A stretch of DNA of 64,000 bases from Candidatus Pelagibacterales bacterium. GTDB lineage: Bacteria > Pseudomonadota > Alphaproteobacteria > Pelagibacterales > Pelagibacteraceae. The position numbers and the translations under genes are program-made. Below the pieces are notes generated by a model. It did no database searches. It saw only the letters and a program-made list of their open reading frames with translations, and was not told where the DNA came from. Shown piece by piece: positions 42,377 through 53,736 of this stretch (position 1 is its first letter; each line of letters starts with the position of its first letter). The stretch covers positions 480,460 to 544,459 of the forward strand of contig OZ251737.1 of NCBI GenBank assembly GCA_965244655.1, written 5' to 3'.

Positions 42377-42667
42377 TTATTTTCCGACAACTCCCATGAT
42401 GTCGCTTTCTTTCATGATGCTATACTCTTTTCCATCTATCTTAACCTCAGTGCCTGACCATTTTCCAAAAAGAACTCGGTCACCAACTTTGACGTCCATA
42501 GGGATAATTTTTCCATCTTCTGTTTTAGCTCCAGAGCCAACAGCAATCACTTTTCCTTCCTGTGGTTTTTCTTTAGCCGTATCTGGAATAATAATTCCAC
42601 CGGCTGTTTTTTCTTCGCTTTCTAGGGATTCGATTAATACCCTGTCATGTAAAGGTTTAAATTTCAT
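42377..42667 (-). CDS. groS: co-chaperonin GroES
   Basis: [31 protein letters not shown]. Confidence 0.99.
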   Translation of the reverse strand: MKFKPLHDRVLIESLESEEKTAGGIIIPDTAKEKPQEGKVIAVGSGAKTEDGKIIPMDVKVGDRVLFGKWSGTEVKIDGKEYSIMKESDIMGVVGK

Positions 42668-42700
42668 TGTTATACTCCTTGTGTCGTTAATTATGGCTAG

Positions 42701-42730
42701 TTATATGATTATCAATTTTCAAATTTCAAG
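42701..42730 (-). promoter_or_regulatory. putative sigma32 (RpoH)-type promoter of groESL
   Basis: minus strand CTTGAA-N16-TCATATAA, resembling the alphaproteobacterial heat-shock consensus; SD AAGGAG downstream; no CIRCE repeat seen. Confidence 0.5.
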
Positions 42731-42786
42731 TGCCAGGACAATTGCCAAAACCTATGTTTTTCCTAGTGTTTATAGTAAACAACTTT

Positions 42787-43656
42787 ATGCATTCTACAAA
42801 ACCACACAAAATAGAAGGATTAAAACAAATATTTGAAAAATATGATGTTTATTTCATAGATTTGTGGGGAGTAATGCATAACGGTGTTGAGTGTTATGCA
42901 GAAGCAATTACCGTTTTAAAAGAACTAAAAAACCATAAAAAAAAAGTTATATTAATTTCTAACGCTCCAAGACCTAGCAGAACAGTTAATCTCTTTTTAG
43001 AAAAAATAGGATTGCCGCACACATTGTACGATTTGTTAATAACCTCTGGTGATATAACGCAACAATATTTAATTGAAAATAAAGAGAAAAAAAAATTCTA
43101 CCACTTAGGGCCAGATAGAGACAAAGATTTATTTGAAAATGAAAAAATTCATATTTCAAACAAAGAAGAATGTGATGAAATTATTTGCACAGGACTAACT
43201 TTTTCAGAAAAAGAAGATATTCAAGAATACGAGGCTATTTTACAATATTTTAAAAATAAACAAACACCGATGATTTGCGCTAACCCTGACGAGGTGGTTA
43301 TTCGGGGAACAAAGCTGGAGTATTGTGCCGGGGCACTAGCAAAAAAATATGAAGAGATGGGCGGCAAGGTTACATATTACGGCAAGCCGTATCTAGATAT
43401 TTACAGCACTGCTCTAAAAAAAATGAACATACTTCAATTATATGAGCAAAAAAAAATTATTCCTTTTGCAATAGGTGATAATTTAAAAACAGATATTATG
43501 GGAGCCAATTCATTTAACATAAGTTCTCTATTAATATTAAACGGAATATATAAAGATTTTATTCGAAATGATGAAATTAATTTTGAAGAATTAAAAAGCT
43601 CCGTTAATTTGCAGCAATTGCAAATTCATTATTATCAGAAAGATTTGATATGGTAA
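42787..43656 (+). CDS. HAD-superfamily hydrolase, subfamily IIA (TIGR01459-like)
   Basis: IDLWGVMHNG, ISNAPRPS, ICANPD, YGKPY, IGDNLKTDIMGA; ATG 42787 preferred. Confidence 0.88.
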   Translation: MHSTKPHKIEGLKQIFEKYDVYFIDLWGVMHNGVECYAEAITVLKELKNHKKKVILISNAPRPSRTVNLFLEKIGLPHTLYDLLITSGDITQQYLIENKEKKKFYHLGPDRDKDLFENEKIHISNKEECDEIICTGLTFSEKEDIQEYEAILQYFKNKQTPMICANPDEVVIRGTKLEYCAGALAKKYEEMGGKVTYYGKPYLDIYSTALKKMNILQLYEQKKIIPFAIGDNLKTDIMGANSFNISSLLILNGIYKDFIRNDEINFEELKSSVNLQQLQIHYYQKDLIW

Positions 43657-44552
43657 AAAATATAAATATAAAAAAATCTGTAATTGCAATCGGTAACTTT
43701 GATGGAGTTCATAAAGGGCATCAAGAAATTTTTAAACTTGGAAAAAAAATAGCAAAAAAAAATAAAAAAAAATTTGGTATTGTTACATTTTCTCCTTTGC
43801 CATCTGAGTTTTTTCAAAAAGAAAAAAAAAATATCAGAATTACTCTTGATGATATTAAAATAGATTTATTAAAAAAAAATAAAGCAGATTTCGTTTTTAT
43901 TTGTAATTTTAATAAAAAATTTTCACAAGTAACTGCAGAAAAATTTATTGAAAATATTATTGTTAACAAGCTGCAAGCAAGTCATGTTCTGGTGGGAAAA
44001 AACTTTAGATTTGGCCACCAAAGAAAAGGAACTATCACTCTCCTAAAAAAATACGGAGTAATTTTTAACTATAAAGTTTTAGATATAAAGCTTTCAAAGC
44101 AAAAAAAATTAAAAATTTCATCAACACGTATCCGTTCCGCAATCGAAAAAGGGAATGTAGAATTAGTAAGTCAATTACTTGGTCGATATTGGAGTATAAA
44201 AGAAAAAGTTATAGCTGGAAAAAAATTAGGACGATCTCTAGGATTTAGAACTGCCAATGTTGAAATCAAAAATAATATTAATCCAAAAACAGGTGTCTAC
44301 GCAGTTAAAGCTTTGGTAAATAATAAAAAGTACTCTGGTATAGCAAATTTTGGAGTTGCACCAACATTCTCAAGAAATCACAAAGTGTTAGAGATTAATT
44401 TATTCCAAAAAATACACTCATTTTATGGAAAAAAGATAGAAGTATTTTTTATTAAAAGAATTAGAGATGAAAAAAAATTTAAAAATAGAAATTTATTAAT
44501 TAGCCAGATAAAAAAAGATATAACAAAAGCAAAAAAAATTCTAAGACCATGA
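43650..44552 (+). CDS. ribF: bifunctional riboflavin kinase / FAD synthetase
   Basis: IGNFDGVHKGHQ, VGKNFRFG, ISSTRIR, GRSLGFRTAN, IRDEKKF. Confidence 0.95.
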   Translation: MVKNINIKKSVIAIGNFDGVHKGHQEIFKLGKKIAKKNKKKFGIVTFSPLPSEFFQKEKKNIRITLDDIKIDLLKKNKADFVFICNFNKKFSQVTAEKFIENIIVNKLQASHVLVGKNFRFGHQRKGTITLLKKYGVIFNYKVLDIKLSKQKKLKISSTRIRSAIEKGNVELVSQLLGRYWSIKEKVIAGKKLGRSLGFRTANVEIKNNINPKTGVYAVKALVNNKKYSGIANFGVAPTFSRNHKVLEINLFQKIHSFYGKKIEVFFIKRIRDEKKFKNRNLLISQIKKDITKAKKILRP

Positions 44553-47303
44553 GCTGATGTAAAAGTAAATTTGCCCAAAACACAGCTGGGTATGAAAGCA
44601 AATCTTCCGGTTAAAGAACCTGAGCTTCTAAAATTTTGGAGCGACCTTGGTTTGTACAATCAGCAAAGACTATTATTTTCAGATAGAGAAAAATTTGTTC
44701 TTCATGATGGACCTCCCTACGCCAATGGAAATATTCATATTGGAACAGCTCTTAATAAAATTTTAAAAGATATTATTATTAGGTATCAGCAACTTTTAGG
44801 AAAAAATGCAGCATATGTTCCAGGATGGGATTGTCATGGCTTGCCTATAGAGTGGAAAATTGAAGAGGAGTATAAAAAAAAAGGAAAAGATAAGAAGAAT
44901 ATTTCAATTATTGAATTTAGAAAGGAATGCAGAGATTTTGCATCATCTTGGATAGCTACGCAAAAAGAGCAATTTAAAAGATTAGGAGTAGAAGGAGATT
45001 GGAGTAATCCATACACTACAATGAGCAAGGACTCCGAAGCTCAAATAGCAGCCGAAATATTAAAGTTTCTAAAAAATGGTAGTTTGTATAATGGTTTTAA
45101 ACCAGTCTTATGGTCTGTTGTTGAAGCAACTGCATTAGCTGATGCGGAGGTTGAATATGCGGATCACAAATCTAATACTATTTTTGCTAAATTTCCAATT
45201 CAAGGATCTTTCAAAAATTTGCAAAATGTTAAAGTTGTAATTTGGACGACTACTCCGTGGACGATTCCATGCAATAGGGCTTTAGCTTTTAATCAAACTT
45301 ATGAGTATTCTTTGGTTGAAATAATTCAAGAAGGAAAAAAAGAAGTAATCATACTAGCTTCTAGATTAGTCGACGAAGTTTTGAGGGCATGTGATATTAG
45401 CGAGTACAAAATCATCGAATCTTTTTCAGGATCAGATTTTAATAACATTAAATGTTTTCATCCATTTAAAGATTGTGGATATGATTTTGATGTTCCTTTA
45501 CTAAATGCCGAATTTGTTACTTTAGAGCAGGGTACAGGAATTGTTCATGTCGCGCCAAGCCATGGTCCTGACGATTTCAATTTAGGATTGAAGCACAATA
45601 TTAGAGCCGAAAATACAATTGACGACAATGGTCATTATACCAATGTAGTAAAAAAATTTGAAGGAACTCATATTTTTAAAGCTGATAAAATTATCATTGA
45701 AGAACTAAAATTAAATCACATGCTTTTAGGCGCAGGGATTTTGATCCATAGCTATCCACATTCATGGAGATCAAAAGCTCCTTTAGTTCATAGAGCAACA
45801 CCGCAATGGTTTATTTCTATGGACACGAACAATTTAAGAAAAGTAGCTTTACAAGCAATTGATAATACAAAATTTTACCCTGCAGTAGGAAAAAATAGAT
45901 TGAAATCTATGATTGAAACCAGACCTGACTGGTGCATTTCTAGACAAAGATTTTGGGGGGTGCCAATTCCTATATTTGTAAATAAAAAAACAAATGAGCC
46001 ACTTATTGATGATGAGGTATTTAGAAGAGTAGAAGATATTTTTAAAAAAGAAGGAAGTGATGCTTGGTTTTTAAAAAAATCAGAAGATTTTTTAGGTGAT
46101 AATTATAAAGTCGAAGATTTTAAAAAGGTAAACGACATTGTTGAAGTCTGGTTTGATAGCGGTTGCACTCACTCTTATGTTCTAGAAAAAAGAAATGATT
46201 TAAAATGGCCAGCAGATATGTACCTAGAAGGTTCAGATCAACATAGGGGCTGGTTTCATTCGTCATTACTTCACTCATGCGGAACAAGAGGTAGAGCACC
46301 TTACGAAAGTATTTTGTGTCACGGATTTGTAGTGGATGGAAAAGGACAAAAAATGTCAAAATCATTAGGCAATGTAGTTTCCCCAGATGATGTAATTAAA
46401 AAATATGGAGCTGATATTTTGAGATTATGGGTTGTTGCCTCTGATTATTCTGATGATTTAAAAATTGATGATTCAATTTTAGAGCAACACTCTCAGTCTT
46501 ATAGAAAAATTAGGAATACATTTAGATTTTTACTTGGAAATTTGAATGACGAAATAAATTTCGAAACAAAAATAGATATTAGCAATTTAGAGGAAATTGA
46601 AAAATATATTTTGAACAAAGTTTCATCATTAGACAACAGTTTTGAAAATTTAAATAGCAATTTTAATTTCCACAAGATTTATGTGGATTTATTAAATTTT
46701 TGTACTGTCGATCTTTCAGCCCTCTATTTCGATATCAGAAAAGATTGCCTTTATTGTGATGATTTACAATCAGTTAAAAGATCTAATTGTATAAAAGTTC
46801 TTTCTATTGTTTTAGAATTTCTTTTAAAATGGTTATCACCAATTCTAGTTTTTACATGTGAAGAAATTTATCAAATTATAAAGAAGGAAAAATTTAAACA
46901 AAGTGTTTTTTTACATCAATTTCAATCATTCCCAAAAAACTGGGCAGATCAAGAAGTAGAAAGCAAATGGAATTTTTTAAAGACAATTAGATCGGAAGTT
47001 AATAATGCAATCGAAGTAAAAAGAAATGAAAAATTGATAGGATCAAGTTTGGAGGCAAATGTTCATATCTACTTAGACACAAAACATACGGCCCTTTTGC
47101 ACAAAATCGATTTGGCGGAACTATTTATTTGCTCAGCGAGTACTTTGAATAACCAAAATATTAAATTTGATAATGTTCAAAAAGATGAAAAAGCTGTTCA
47201 GAGTTTAAAAATTATTGTTAGTAAAGCAGAGGGAACCAAGTGTACCCACTGTTGGAAAGTTTTACCAAATAAATGTGACAGGATTAACTGTGGAATTGTT
47301 TAA
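44549..47303 (+). CDS. ileS: isoleucine--tRNA ligase (start probably ATG 44549 with one apparent extra base; ORF track starts at TTG 44571)
   Basis: LHDGPPYANG, HIGT, GWDCHGLP, WTTTPWT, EGSDQHRGWF, KMSKS. Confidence 0.97.
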
Positions 47304-47784
47304 AAGCGTAATAAAAAAAAATTGGATTTTTTTTTTAATTATTCTTGTATGCTTTTTATTTGATAGATTAACAAAGATTTATGTTATTGATTTTTTCTTA
47401 AATTACAAAACTGATAGTTATTATTACAATCCTTTTTTGAACTTTGTTCTTTTGTGGAACACGGGCATAGCTTTTGGTTTGATGGAAAGTGAAAGTTATA
47501 CTTATCATATCATAAGTTTTTTAATTATATGTGTTGTAATTTTTTTGTTTTATTGGTTTTTTACATCAAGTAGTAAATTAGAAAAATTTCCAATTTCACT
47601 AGTGATTGGCGGAGCATTTGGAAATTTATATGATAGAATTGCATACAATGCTGTGCCCGACTTTATTGACCTACATTATAAGGATTTTCACTGGTTTGTG
47701 TTTAATGTATCGGATATTATAATTACTTTAGGCATTATATTATTATTGTTAAATGACTTATTTTCAAAAAAAAATGCGCAATAA
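47290..47784 (+). CDS. lspA: signal peptidase II
   Basis: DRLTK, WNTGIAFG, GGAFGNLYDR, VPDFID, FVFNVSD; GTG 47290 likely start. Confidence 0.93.
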   Translation: MELFKSVIKKNWIFFLIILVCFLFDRLTKIYVIDFFLNYKTDSYYYNPFLNFVLLWNTGIAFGLMESESYTYHIISFLIICVVIFLFYWFFTSSSKLEKFPISLVIGGAFGNLYDRIAYNAVPDFIDLHYKDFHWFVFNVSDIIITLGIILLLLNDLFSKKNAQ

Positions 47785-48100
47785 CATAATTTTTTATTTT
47801 ACTTTATTATTGAGTATTTTTTCTCTCAACTCTTGCTCAGATTTGAAAAAGGGATTGGGTATAGAAAAAGACGTTCCGAACGAGTTTTTAATTGAAAAAA
47901 GAGACCCATTGGTATTACCGCCCGACTACAGACTATTACCACCCGATAGCAAAACAAAACCACAAGAGACAACAAATACTAAAGATTCTTTAAAATCAGT
48001 TTTGGACGGCAAGCTAAACACTAATGAAACTCAAAAGACAAAATCACCCAGTTTAGATTCTGGAAACCTCGAGCAAGAAATTTTAAAAAAAATAAAGTAA
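47774..48100 (+). CDS. lipoprotein, DUF3035-like
   Basis: signal peptide ending LNSC; PNEFLI..PLVLPPDY..LPP motif; follows lspA. Confidence 0.78.
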   Translation: MRNNIIFYFTLLLSIFSLNSCSDLKKGLGIEKDVPNEFLIEKRDPLVLPPDYRLLPPDSKTKPQETTNTKDSLKSVLDGKLNTNETQKTKSPSLDSGNLEQEILKKIK

Positions 48101-49336
48101 ATGAATGTAGGTATAGACCTTGATTTTTTCTTTGATGGTACTTTAGGCTATAATATAAAAACAACAGAAAATTATAAAAAAAATTTAGAAAAATGCCAAC
48201 AAGCATCAGAAGCACTTATTGCTGAAATAAAAAATAAGTCTAATGAAATTTTTAATTCCTTTAGTTTTGATTATCAAAATAAAATAAAAACTATTAGAGA
48301 AAAAATAGTTAAGAAAAAAAACACATTAGTTGTGGGTTTAGGTGGTTCTTCTGCAGGCGCCAAAGCTTTAAGTATGTATTTAGGAAATTCTATTTATTTT
48401 TTTGATAATTATGATTTAAGATATATTGATGATTTTTTTAAAAAGCACGATCTAAAAGAATTTCAAATTTACATCATATCAAAATCTGGCAATACTTTTG
48501 AGACTTTGGCTATGCTAAATTTGATATATCAGCATTTATTATCAATATCTAATAAAGAACTCATTAATAACAACTTAGTCATTGTAACTGAAGTGGCCGA
48601 TAATATTTTAAATAATTTTGCCAATCAGAACGGTATTCAGGTTGTGTCACACAACAAAAAAATAGGTGGAAGATACTCAGTATTTTCAGAAACCGGTATG
48701 ATTTTATTTGATATCAATCCAAAAGAAATTTCTGATAGTGCAAACTCCGTTGTATCAAAATTAATGGAAAATAATGTCGATGATCAATCAAACCCCACAG
48801 TAAATGCAGCTATAATACTGTCGCTTCAAGAACAGGGCGTTAAATTTAATGTAAATCTTCTGTATGACTATTCTCTAAAAAACTATTCTTATTGGTTCCA
48901 CCAACTATTTGCAGAGAGTTTAGGAAAAAATGAAAATGCAATGACTCCAACAACATCTATTTGCCCTAAAGATCACCATAGTATGGCGCAGCTATTTATT
49001 GGAGGACCAAAAGATAAATTTTTTAATATTTACCCACCGGCTCATTCGGAGCATTTTAAAAGTTTTGCAGATCTAGATATGGGTATTATACAAAAAAAAA
49101 CACCAGAAAATCTTCTTCAATCGCAATATTTGGGACTTGTGAAAACTTTTAGAAATAAAAAAATACCACATAGAATAATAAAATTTATAGACAAGTTTCA
49201 AAGTAGAGAGTCTAATATGTTAGAACTATTTTCGTATAATATTTTAGAAACAATAATTTTGGGATATGCTCAAAATATTAATCCTTACGACCAGCCAGCT
49301 GTTGAGGATATTAAAATAAATACTTTTAATTCTTGA
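48101..49336 (+). CDS. pgi: glucose-6-phosphate isomerase (short form)
   Basis: GLGGSS, ISKSGNTFET, IGGRYSV, QLFAESLGK, DHHSMAQL, NPYDQPAVEDIK. Confidence 0.85.
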   Translation: MNVGIDLDFFFDGTLGYNIKTTENYKKNLEKCQQASEALIAEIKNKSNEIFNSFSFDYQNKIKTIREKIVKKKNTLVVGLGGSSAGAKALSMYLGNSIYFFDNYDLRYIDDFFKKHDLKEFQIYIISKSGNTFETLAMLNLIYQHLLSISNKELINNNLVIVTEVADNILNNFANQNGIQVVSHNKKIGGRYSVFSETGMILFDINPKEISDSANSVVSKLMENNVDDQSNPTVNAAIILSLQEQGVKFNVNLLYDYSLKNYSYWFHQLFAESLGKNENAMTPTTSICPKDHHSMAQLFIGGPKDKFFNIYPPAHSEHFKSFADLDMGIIQKKTPENLLQSQYLGLVKTFRNKKIPHRIIKFIDKFQSRESNMLELFSYNILETIILGYAQNINPYDQPAVEDIKINTFNS

Positions 49337-49892
49337 TAGTTGCGAAAATGATGACGGATCGACCGTATTCTTTTTTTAAAATAATATTTAAATAAACGTC
49401 AAAATTAAACTTATTATTTTTTTCATAGTGCATTACAATTAAAGCGTTAGACAGTTTTTTTTGAAATTTTTTTAATTTATCAAATAACTCATTTAAAAAT
49501 TCAGCTTGAAATGGAGGATCTAAAAAAACTAATTTTATATTTTCTTCTAGTATAGTTTTTAGGTCAACTTTAAAGAAATCACTACAAATTATATTTGATT
49601 GTTCATTTAAAGATAGATTTTTGATATTCTTATTTAGGATATCTATTGAGTTTTTATTTTGTTCTATAAATATAACTTTTTGCGCACCTCGCGACAGACA
49701 TTCTATCCCAAAAGATCCAGCACCAGAAAAGATGTCCAAAACAACAGAGTTATTTAATTCAAGATTAATTAGTTTTGAGTGAGTTAATAAATTAAACAAA
49801 CTTTCTTTTACATAATCTCGAAGAGGTCTAGTAATTTCAGAATTTGGTAATAATAATTTTTTTTTTTTAAATTTTCCCGAGATAACTCTCAT
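49326..49892 (-). CDS. rsmD: 16S rRNA m2G966 methyltransferase
   Basis: MRVISGKFK, TRP, KESLFN, LDIFSGAGSFGIECLSRGA, FLDPPF. Confidence 0.92.
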   Translation of the reverse strand: MRVISGKFKKKKLLLPNSEITRPLRDYVKESLFNLLTHSKLINLELNNSVVLDIFSGAGSFGIECLSRGAQKVIFIEQNKNSIDILNKNIKNLSLNEQSNIICSDFFKVDLKTILEENIKLVFLDPPFQAEFLNELFDKLKKFQKKLSNALIVMHYEKNNKFNFDVYLNIILKKEYGRSVIIFATIKN

Positions 49893-50607
49893 ATAGTTTG
49901 ATTTCTTTTTGTTCGGCTAATCTGATTTCTCCTGGCTTAAGATTACCAAGTTTAAAAGGACCAAATTCCAGTCTTGTTAATTTATTAACATGAAGATTAA
50001 TACTACGCATTAATTCCCTTATCTCTCTGTTTTTACCTTCTGTTAAGATCATCTCTATCCAAAAATTTTTTTTATCTTTGTTAAATAATTTATACTGAAA
50101 TGGTCTGTATTGAATCCCATCAATTTTTTTACCTTTGCTAATTTCTTCTATCTTATGTTCATCGCAATGCCCGTACACTCTAACTATGTACTTTCTTGTA
50201 AACTTATTATTAGGTAATTCTAAATTTCTAGCAATTTCACCAGTATTGGTGATAATAAGTAGACCATCAGAATTTACGTCTAATCTTCCCGCAAATATGA
50301 AATTTTTAAATTTCTTTGGCAGAATTTCATATACAATTTTTCGATCATCTTGTTTGTTTTTTGAACAAATACAATCAACTGGTTTATAAAATTTATATAT
50401 TTGTACGAATTTTTTAAAAATAATTAACTTCCCATCTAATTTTATTGAGTCATTTTTATTTACAAAATGTACAGGCGAGGTAATTTTAGTCCCATTCAGG
50501 CTTATTCTGGTGTCCTTAATCATTTTTTCAATTTCCCTGCGGGAGCCTATATTGTACGAAGCCAAAAATTTTGAAATTCTAACTTTATCGAGTAATTCTT
50601 TCTTCAT
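49867..50607 (-). CDS. rRNA pseudouridine synthase (RsuA/RluB family, S4 domain)
   Basis: RISKFLA..SRRE S4 domain, YKP, AGRLDVNSDGLL, EGKNREIR. Confidence 0.92.
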   Translation of the reverse strand: MKKELLDKVRISKFLASYNIGSRREIEKMIKDTRISLNGTKITSPVHFVNKNDSIKLDGKLIIFKKFVQIYKFYKPVDCICSKNKQDDRKIVYEILPKKFKNFIFAGRLDVNSDGLLIITNTGEIARNLELPNNKFTRKYIVRVYGHCDEHKIEEISKGKKIDGIQYRPFQYKLFNKDKKNFWIEMILTEGKNREIRELMRSINLHVNKLTRLEFGPFKLGNLKPGEIRLAEQKEIKLYESYLGKI

Positions 50608-51072
50608 ATGAATTTTTTTAAACTGTACATTGATACTCTATTGAAATTGTGTAACCAAGCAATAAAGAGAAATGAAGTTCCAATTGCAGCTATAATTGTA
50701 GATCCAAAAACAAAAAAAATTATAGCAAAAGCACATAACTTATCTGTTCAAAATAAAGATCCATTAGCACACGCTGAAATACTTGTTATTCGAAAAGCAT
50801 TAAAAAATTTGAAAACTAAAAGATTAGATAATATGAATATTTACTGTTCATTAGAACCATGCACTATGTGTGCAGCCGCAATAAGTCTTGCTCAAATAAA
50901 AAATGTTTATTTTTGCGCCGAAGATAAAGAGAGCGGCGGAGTAATTAATGGTACAAAATTAGCATTCTCTAATTTGTTAAAATATAAATTTTCATATTAT
51001 TATGGATTTCATGAAAAAACTTTTTCTAGATTGTTAGTAGATTTTTTTAAAAAAAAAAGAAAGAAAAACTAA
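50608..51072 (+). CDS. tadA: tRNA-specific adenosine deaminase
   Basis: EVPIAAII, DPLAHAE, LEPCTMCAAAI zinc motif. Confidence 0.88.
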   Translation: MNFFKLYIDTLLKLCNQAIKRNEVPIAAIIVDPKTKKIIAKAHNLSVQNKDPLAHAEILVIRKALKNLKTKRLDNMNIYCSLEPCTMCAAAISLAQIKNVYFCAEDKESGGVINGTKLAFSNLLKYKFSYYYGFHEKTFSRLLVDFFKKKRKKN

Positions 51073-52331
51073 TTAATAACTCTCCAGCCAATATCTTTTC
51101 TAAAATACATATCTTTCCATTCTATAAGATTAAGTATATCAAGAGCTTTATTTCTGGCCTGTTTTAGACTTGGGGCTGTACAAGTCACGTTTAATACCCT
51201 ACCACCATTAGATAAAATTTTTTTATCTTTTTTATAAGTGCCGGCATGAAAAATTTGTTGTGCGTCGTTGGTTTTAACGTTTTCTAAATTTTTGATTTCT
51301 GATCCTATTTCGTATTTATCAGGATATCCTTTCGCAGCAGCTACAATAGTGATGCATGGATCTTCTTTCCAAATAATTTCTTGGTTCAATAAATTTTTAT
51401 TTTTAACAGATAGTATTAAATCAATTAAATCTGTGTTCATTCTCATCATTAATACTTGGCATTCTGGATCACCGAATCTAATATTATATTCGATAAGTTT
51501 TGGATTATTATCTTTTATCATTAGTCCGGCATATAAAATCCCCACAAATGAACAGTCGATTTGGTTAAGGCCTTTTATTGTGGGCTCAATTATTTCCCTA
51601 TTAATTTTTTTTTCCAATTCTTTTGTTATTAGTAGTGAAGGAGAGTATGCGCCCATTCCCCCAGTATTTGGACCAGTATCATTTTCCCCTATTCTTTTAT
51701 GATCTTGCGCTGTTCCTATCGGCAAATAATTTTTACCATCAGTGATTACAAAATAGCTTGCTTCCTCTCCCTCTAAAAATTCTTCAATCACAACTTTTTT
51801 TGATGTTTTAAATTTTCCGTTCATTATTTCTCTTGTGCACTTAAGAGATTCTTCAATTGTTTGCGAAATAGTCACCCCTTTTCCGGCAGCAAGACCATCT
51901 GCTTTTATAACTAATGGATGTTTTGATTTTTTAATGTAAATTTCAGCATTTTCAAAATGTTCAAATTCCTCGTAAGACGCTGTTGGTATTTTAAAATCTT
52001 TGCATAACTTTTTCATAAAACCCTTAGAACCTTCTAGTTGTGAAGCTTTTTTGTTTGGACCAAATGCGAAAATATTCTTACTAGAGAGAAAATCTACAAT
52101 ACCAGCAACTAAAGGAACTTCAGGACCTACAATCACTATTGAAATATTATGTGCTAAAAGAGACTCGTATAATAAGGAAAAATTATTGTAATCAATATCA
52201 ATATTTTGACAGATTTCACTTGTTCCTGGGTTGCCAGGTATACAAAATAATTTTTTGATTTTTTTAGACATGCTTAATTTAAAGCATAGAGCATGTTCTC
52301 GACCACCACTTCCAATTACAGCAACGTTCAT
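51069..52331 (-). CDS. purD: phosphoribosylamine--glycine ligase
   Basis: IGSGGREHAL, KADGLAAGKGV, QDHKR, GPNTGGMGAY, EYNIRFGDPE, FHAGT. Confidence 0.97.
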   Translation of the reverse strand: MNVAVIGSGGREHALCFKLSMSKKIKKLFCIPGNPGTSEICQNIDIDYNNFSLLYESLLAHNISIVIVGPEVPLVAGIVDFLSSKNIFAFGPNKKASQLEGSKGFMKKLCKDFKIPTASYEEFEHFENAEIYIKKSKHPLVIKADGLAAGKGVTISQTIEESLKCTREIMNGKFKTSKKVVIEEFLEGEEASYFVITDGKNYLPIGTAQDHKRIGENDTGPNTGGMGAYSPSLLITKELEKKINREIIEPTIKGLNQIDCSFVGILYAGLMIKDNNPKLIEYNIRFGDPECQVLMMRMNTDLIDLILSVKNKNLLNQEIIWKEDPCITIVAAAKGYPDKYEIGSEIKNLENVKTNDAQQIFHAGTYKKDKKILSNGGRVLNVTCTAPSLKQARNKALDILNLIEWKDMYFRKDIGWRVIN

Positions 52332-52354
52332 GTTAATATATTCTCTATATTAAA

Positions 52355-53551
52355 ATGCAAAATATTCCAGAATTTTCAGTATCAGAAATAACAAACTTGA
52401 CTAAAAGTATTTTGGAAGAAAATTTCGGTCTCATTCGTGTAAGAGGTGAAATATCAAAAGTTAAAGATTTTAAGGGTCATTATTATTTTTCTCTAAAGGA
52501 TGAAAACTTCGTATTAAATGCAGTTTGCTGGGCAAGAAATGTTGAACTTCTAAATATCAAACCAGAAGAAGGAATGGAAGTTTTTGCCCAAGGAAAAATA
52601 ACAACTTATGCAAAGGGAAGTATATCTAATTATCAATTGCAGGTAGATCAAATTGACATTCACGGGGAAGGGGCATTATTAAAAATTTTTGAAAAAAGAA
52701 AAAAAAAATTGAAAGAAGAAGGTTTGTTTGATGAAAAGCACAAACAGCCCTTACCTTTTTTGCCTGATAAAATTGGAATCGTAACTTCTCCTACAGGCTC
52801 AGTTATAATGGATATTATTGACCGTGTGAAAAAAAGATTTCCGACTAATTTGGAAATTTTTCCAATAACCGTTCAAGGAACTAGATCTGCTCAAGAGATT
52901 ATTTCTGGCATTGAATTTTTTAATTTAAAATCAAAAGTTGATTTAATTATAATTGCAAGAGGGGGTGGAGGGGCTGAGGATTTTTTGCCTTTTAATGATG
53001 AAGAAGTTGTCAGAACTGTTTTCCGCTCAAAAGTGCCTATAATTTCGGCCATTGGTCATGAGACAGATTTTACACTTTTAGATTTTGTGGCAGATGTACG
53101 GGCTGCAACACCAACAGCAGCAGCGGAAATGGCTGTACCAGAAATCAAGAATTTAAACAGACAAATTATTGAGTTATTTAAAAATTTGAAATTTACAATT
53201 GAACTTGTTTTTAATAAAGCAAATGAAGAGCTTAATAATATAAGTAAGTATTTAAATACAAACTCATTAAAAAATTTTATAAAACAAAATAATAGTAATT
53301 TAATTTCTTTATCTAAAAGCTTAAATTATTTTGTAAAAAGTAGTCTTAAAGAGAAGCATACAAAGGTTGAAAATTACTTTATGAGAATTGACAATTTGAG
53401 TATTCAAAAAGTTTTAAAAAGAGGTTTTGCAATAATAAAAGATACAAAAGAAAAAAAATTAATGAAATTAAAGAATTTAAACAAAGATCATTTAATTGAT
53501 ATTGAATTTTATGATGGGGTCATGCTAGCAAAAACTATAAAAAAGCAATGA
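52355..53551 (+). CDS. xseA: exodeoxyribonuclease VII large subunit
   Basis: VRGEIS, GHYYFSLKD, TSPTGSV, IARGGG, SAIGHETD, RAATPTAAAE. Confidence 0.95.
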   Translation: MQNIPEFSVSEITNLTKSILEENFGLIRVRGEISKVKDFKGHYYFSLKDENFVLNAVCWARNVELLNIKPEEGMEVFAQGKITTYAKGSISNYQLQVDQIDIHGEGALLKIFEKRKKKLKEEGLFDEKHKQPLPFLPDKIGIVTSPTGSVIMDIIDRVKKRFPTNLEIFPITVQGTRSAQEIISGIEFFNLKSKVDLIIIARGGGGAEDFLPFNDEEVVRTVFRSKVPIISAIGHETDFTLLDFVADVRAATPTAAAEMAVPEIKNLNRQIIELFKNLKFTIELVFNKANEELNNISKYLNTNSLKNFIKQNNSNLISLSKSLNYFVKSSLKEKHTKVENYFMRIDNLSIQKVLKRGFAIIKDTKEKKLMKLKNLNKDHLIDIEFYDGVMLAKTIKKQ

Positions 53552-53736
53552 GTACTGAAGCAAAATTAAAATACAAAGCAGGAACATTCGATATAATAAC
53601 TAATGGAGATCATGTTGTATGTGCAGTATCTAAAAAAAAAATTCCCCTTCAGGATCTTAGGTATTGGAATGTAGAGTTACAAGAAGCATATTATTCCCCA
53701 ATAGAGGTGGCTCAAAAATTTAGCGATGATAAATAA
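53548..53736 (+). CDS. DUF2093-family small protein
   Basis: EAKLKY, GDHVVCAVS..IPL.DLRYWNVELQEAY. Confidence 0.8.
   Translation: MSTEAKLKYKAGTFDIITNGDHVVCAVSKKKIPLQDLRYWNVELQEAYYSPIEVAQKFSDDK

Noticed and set aside
42668-42786. CIRCE/HrcA operator upstream of groES
   Set aside because: No TTAGCACTC-N9-GAGTGCTAA repeat is present.
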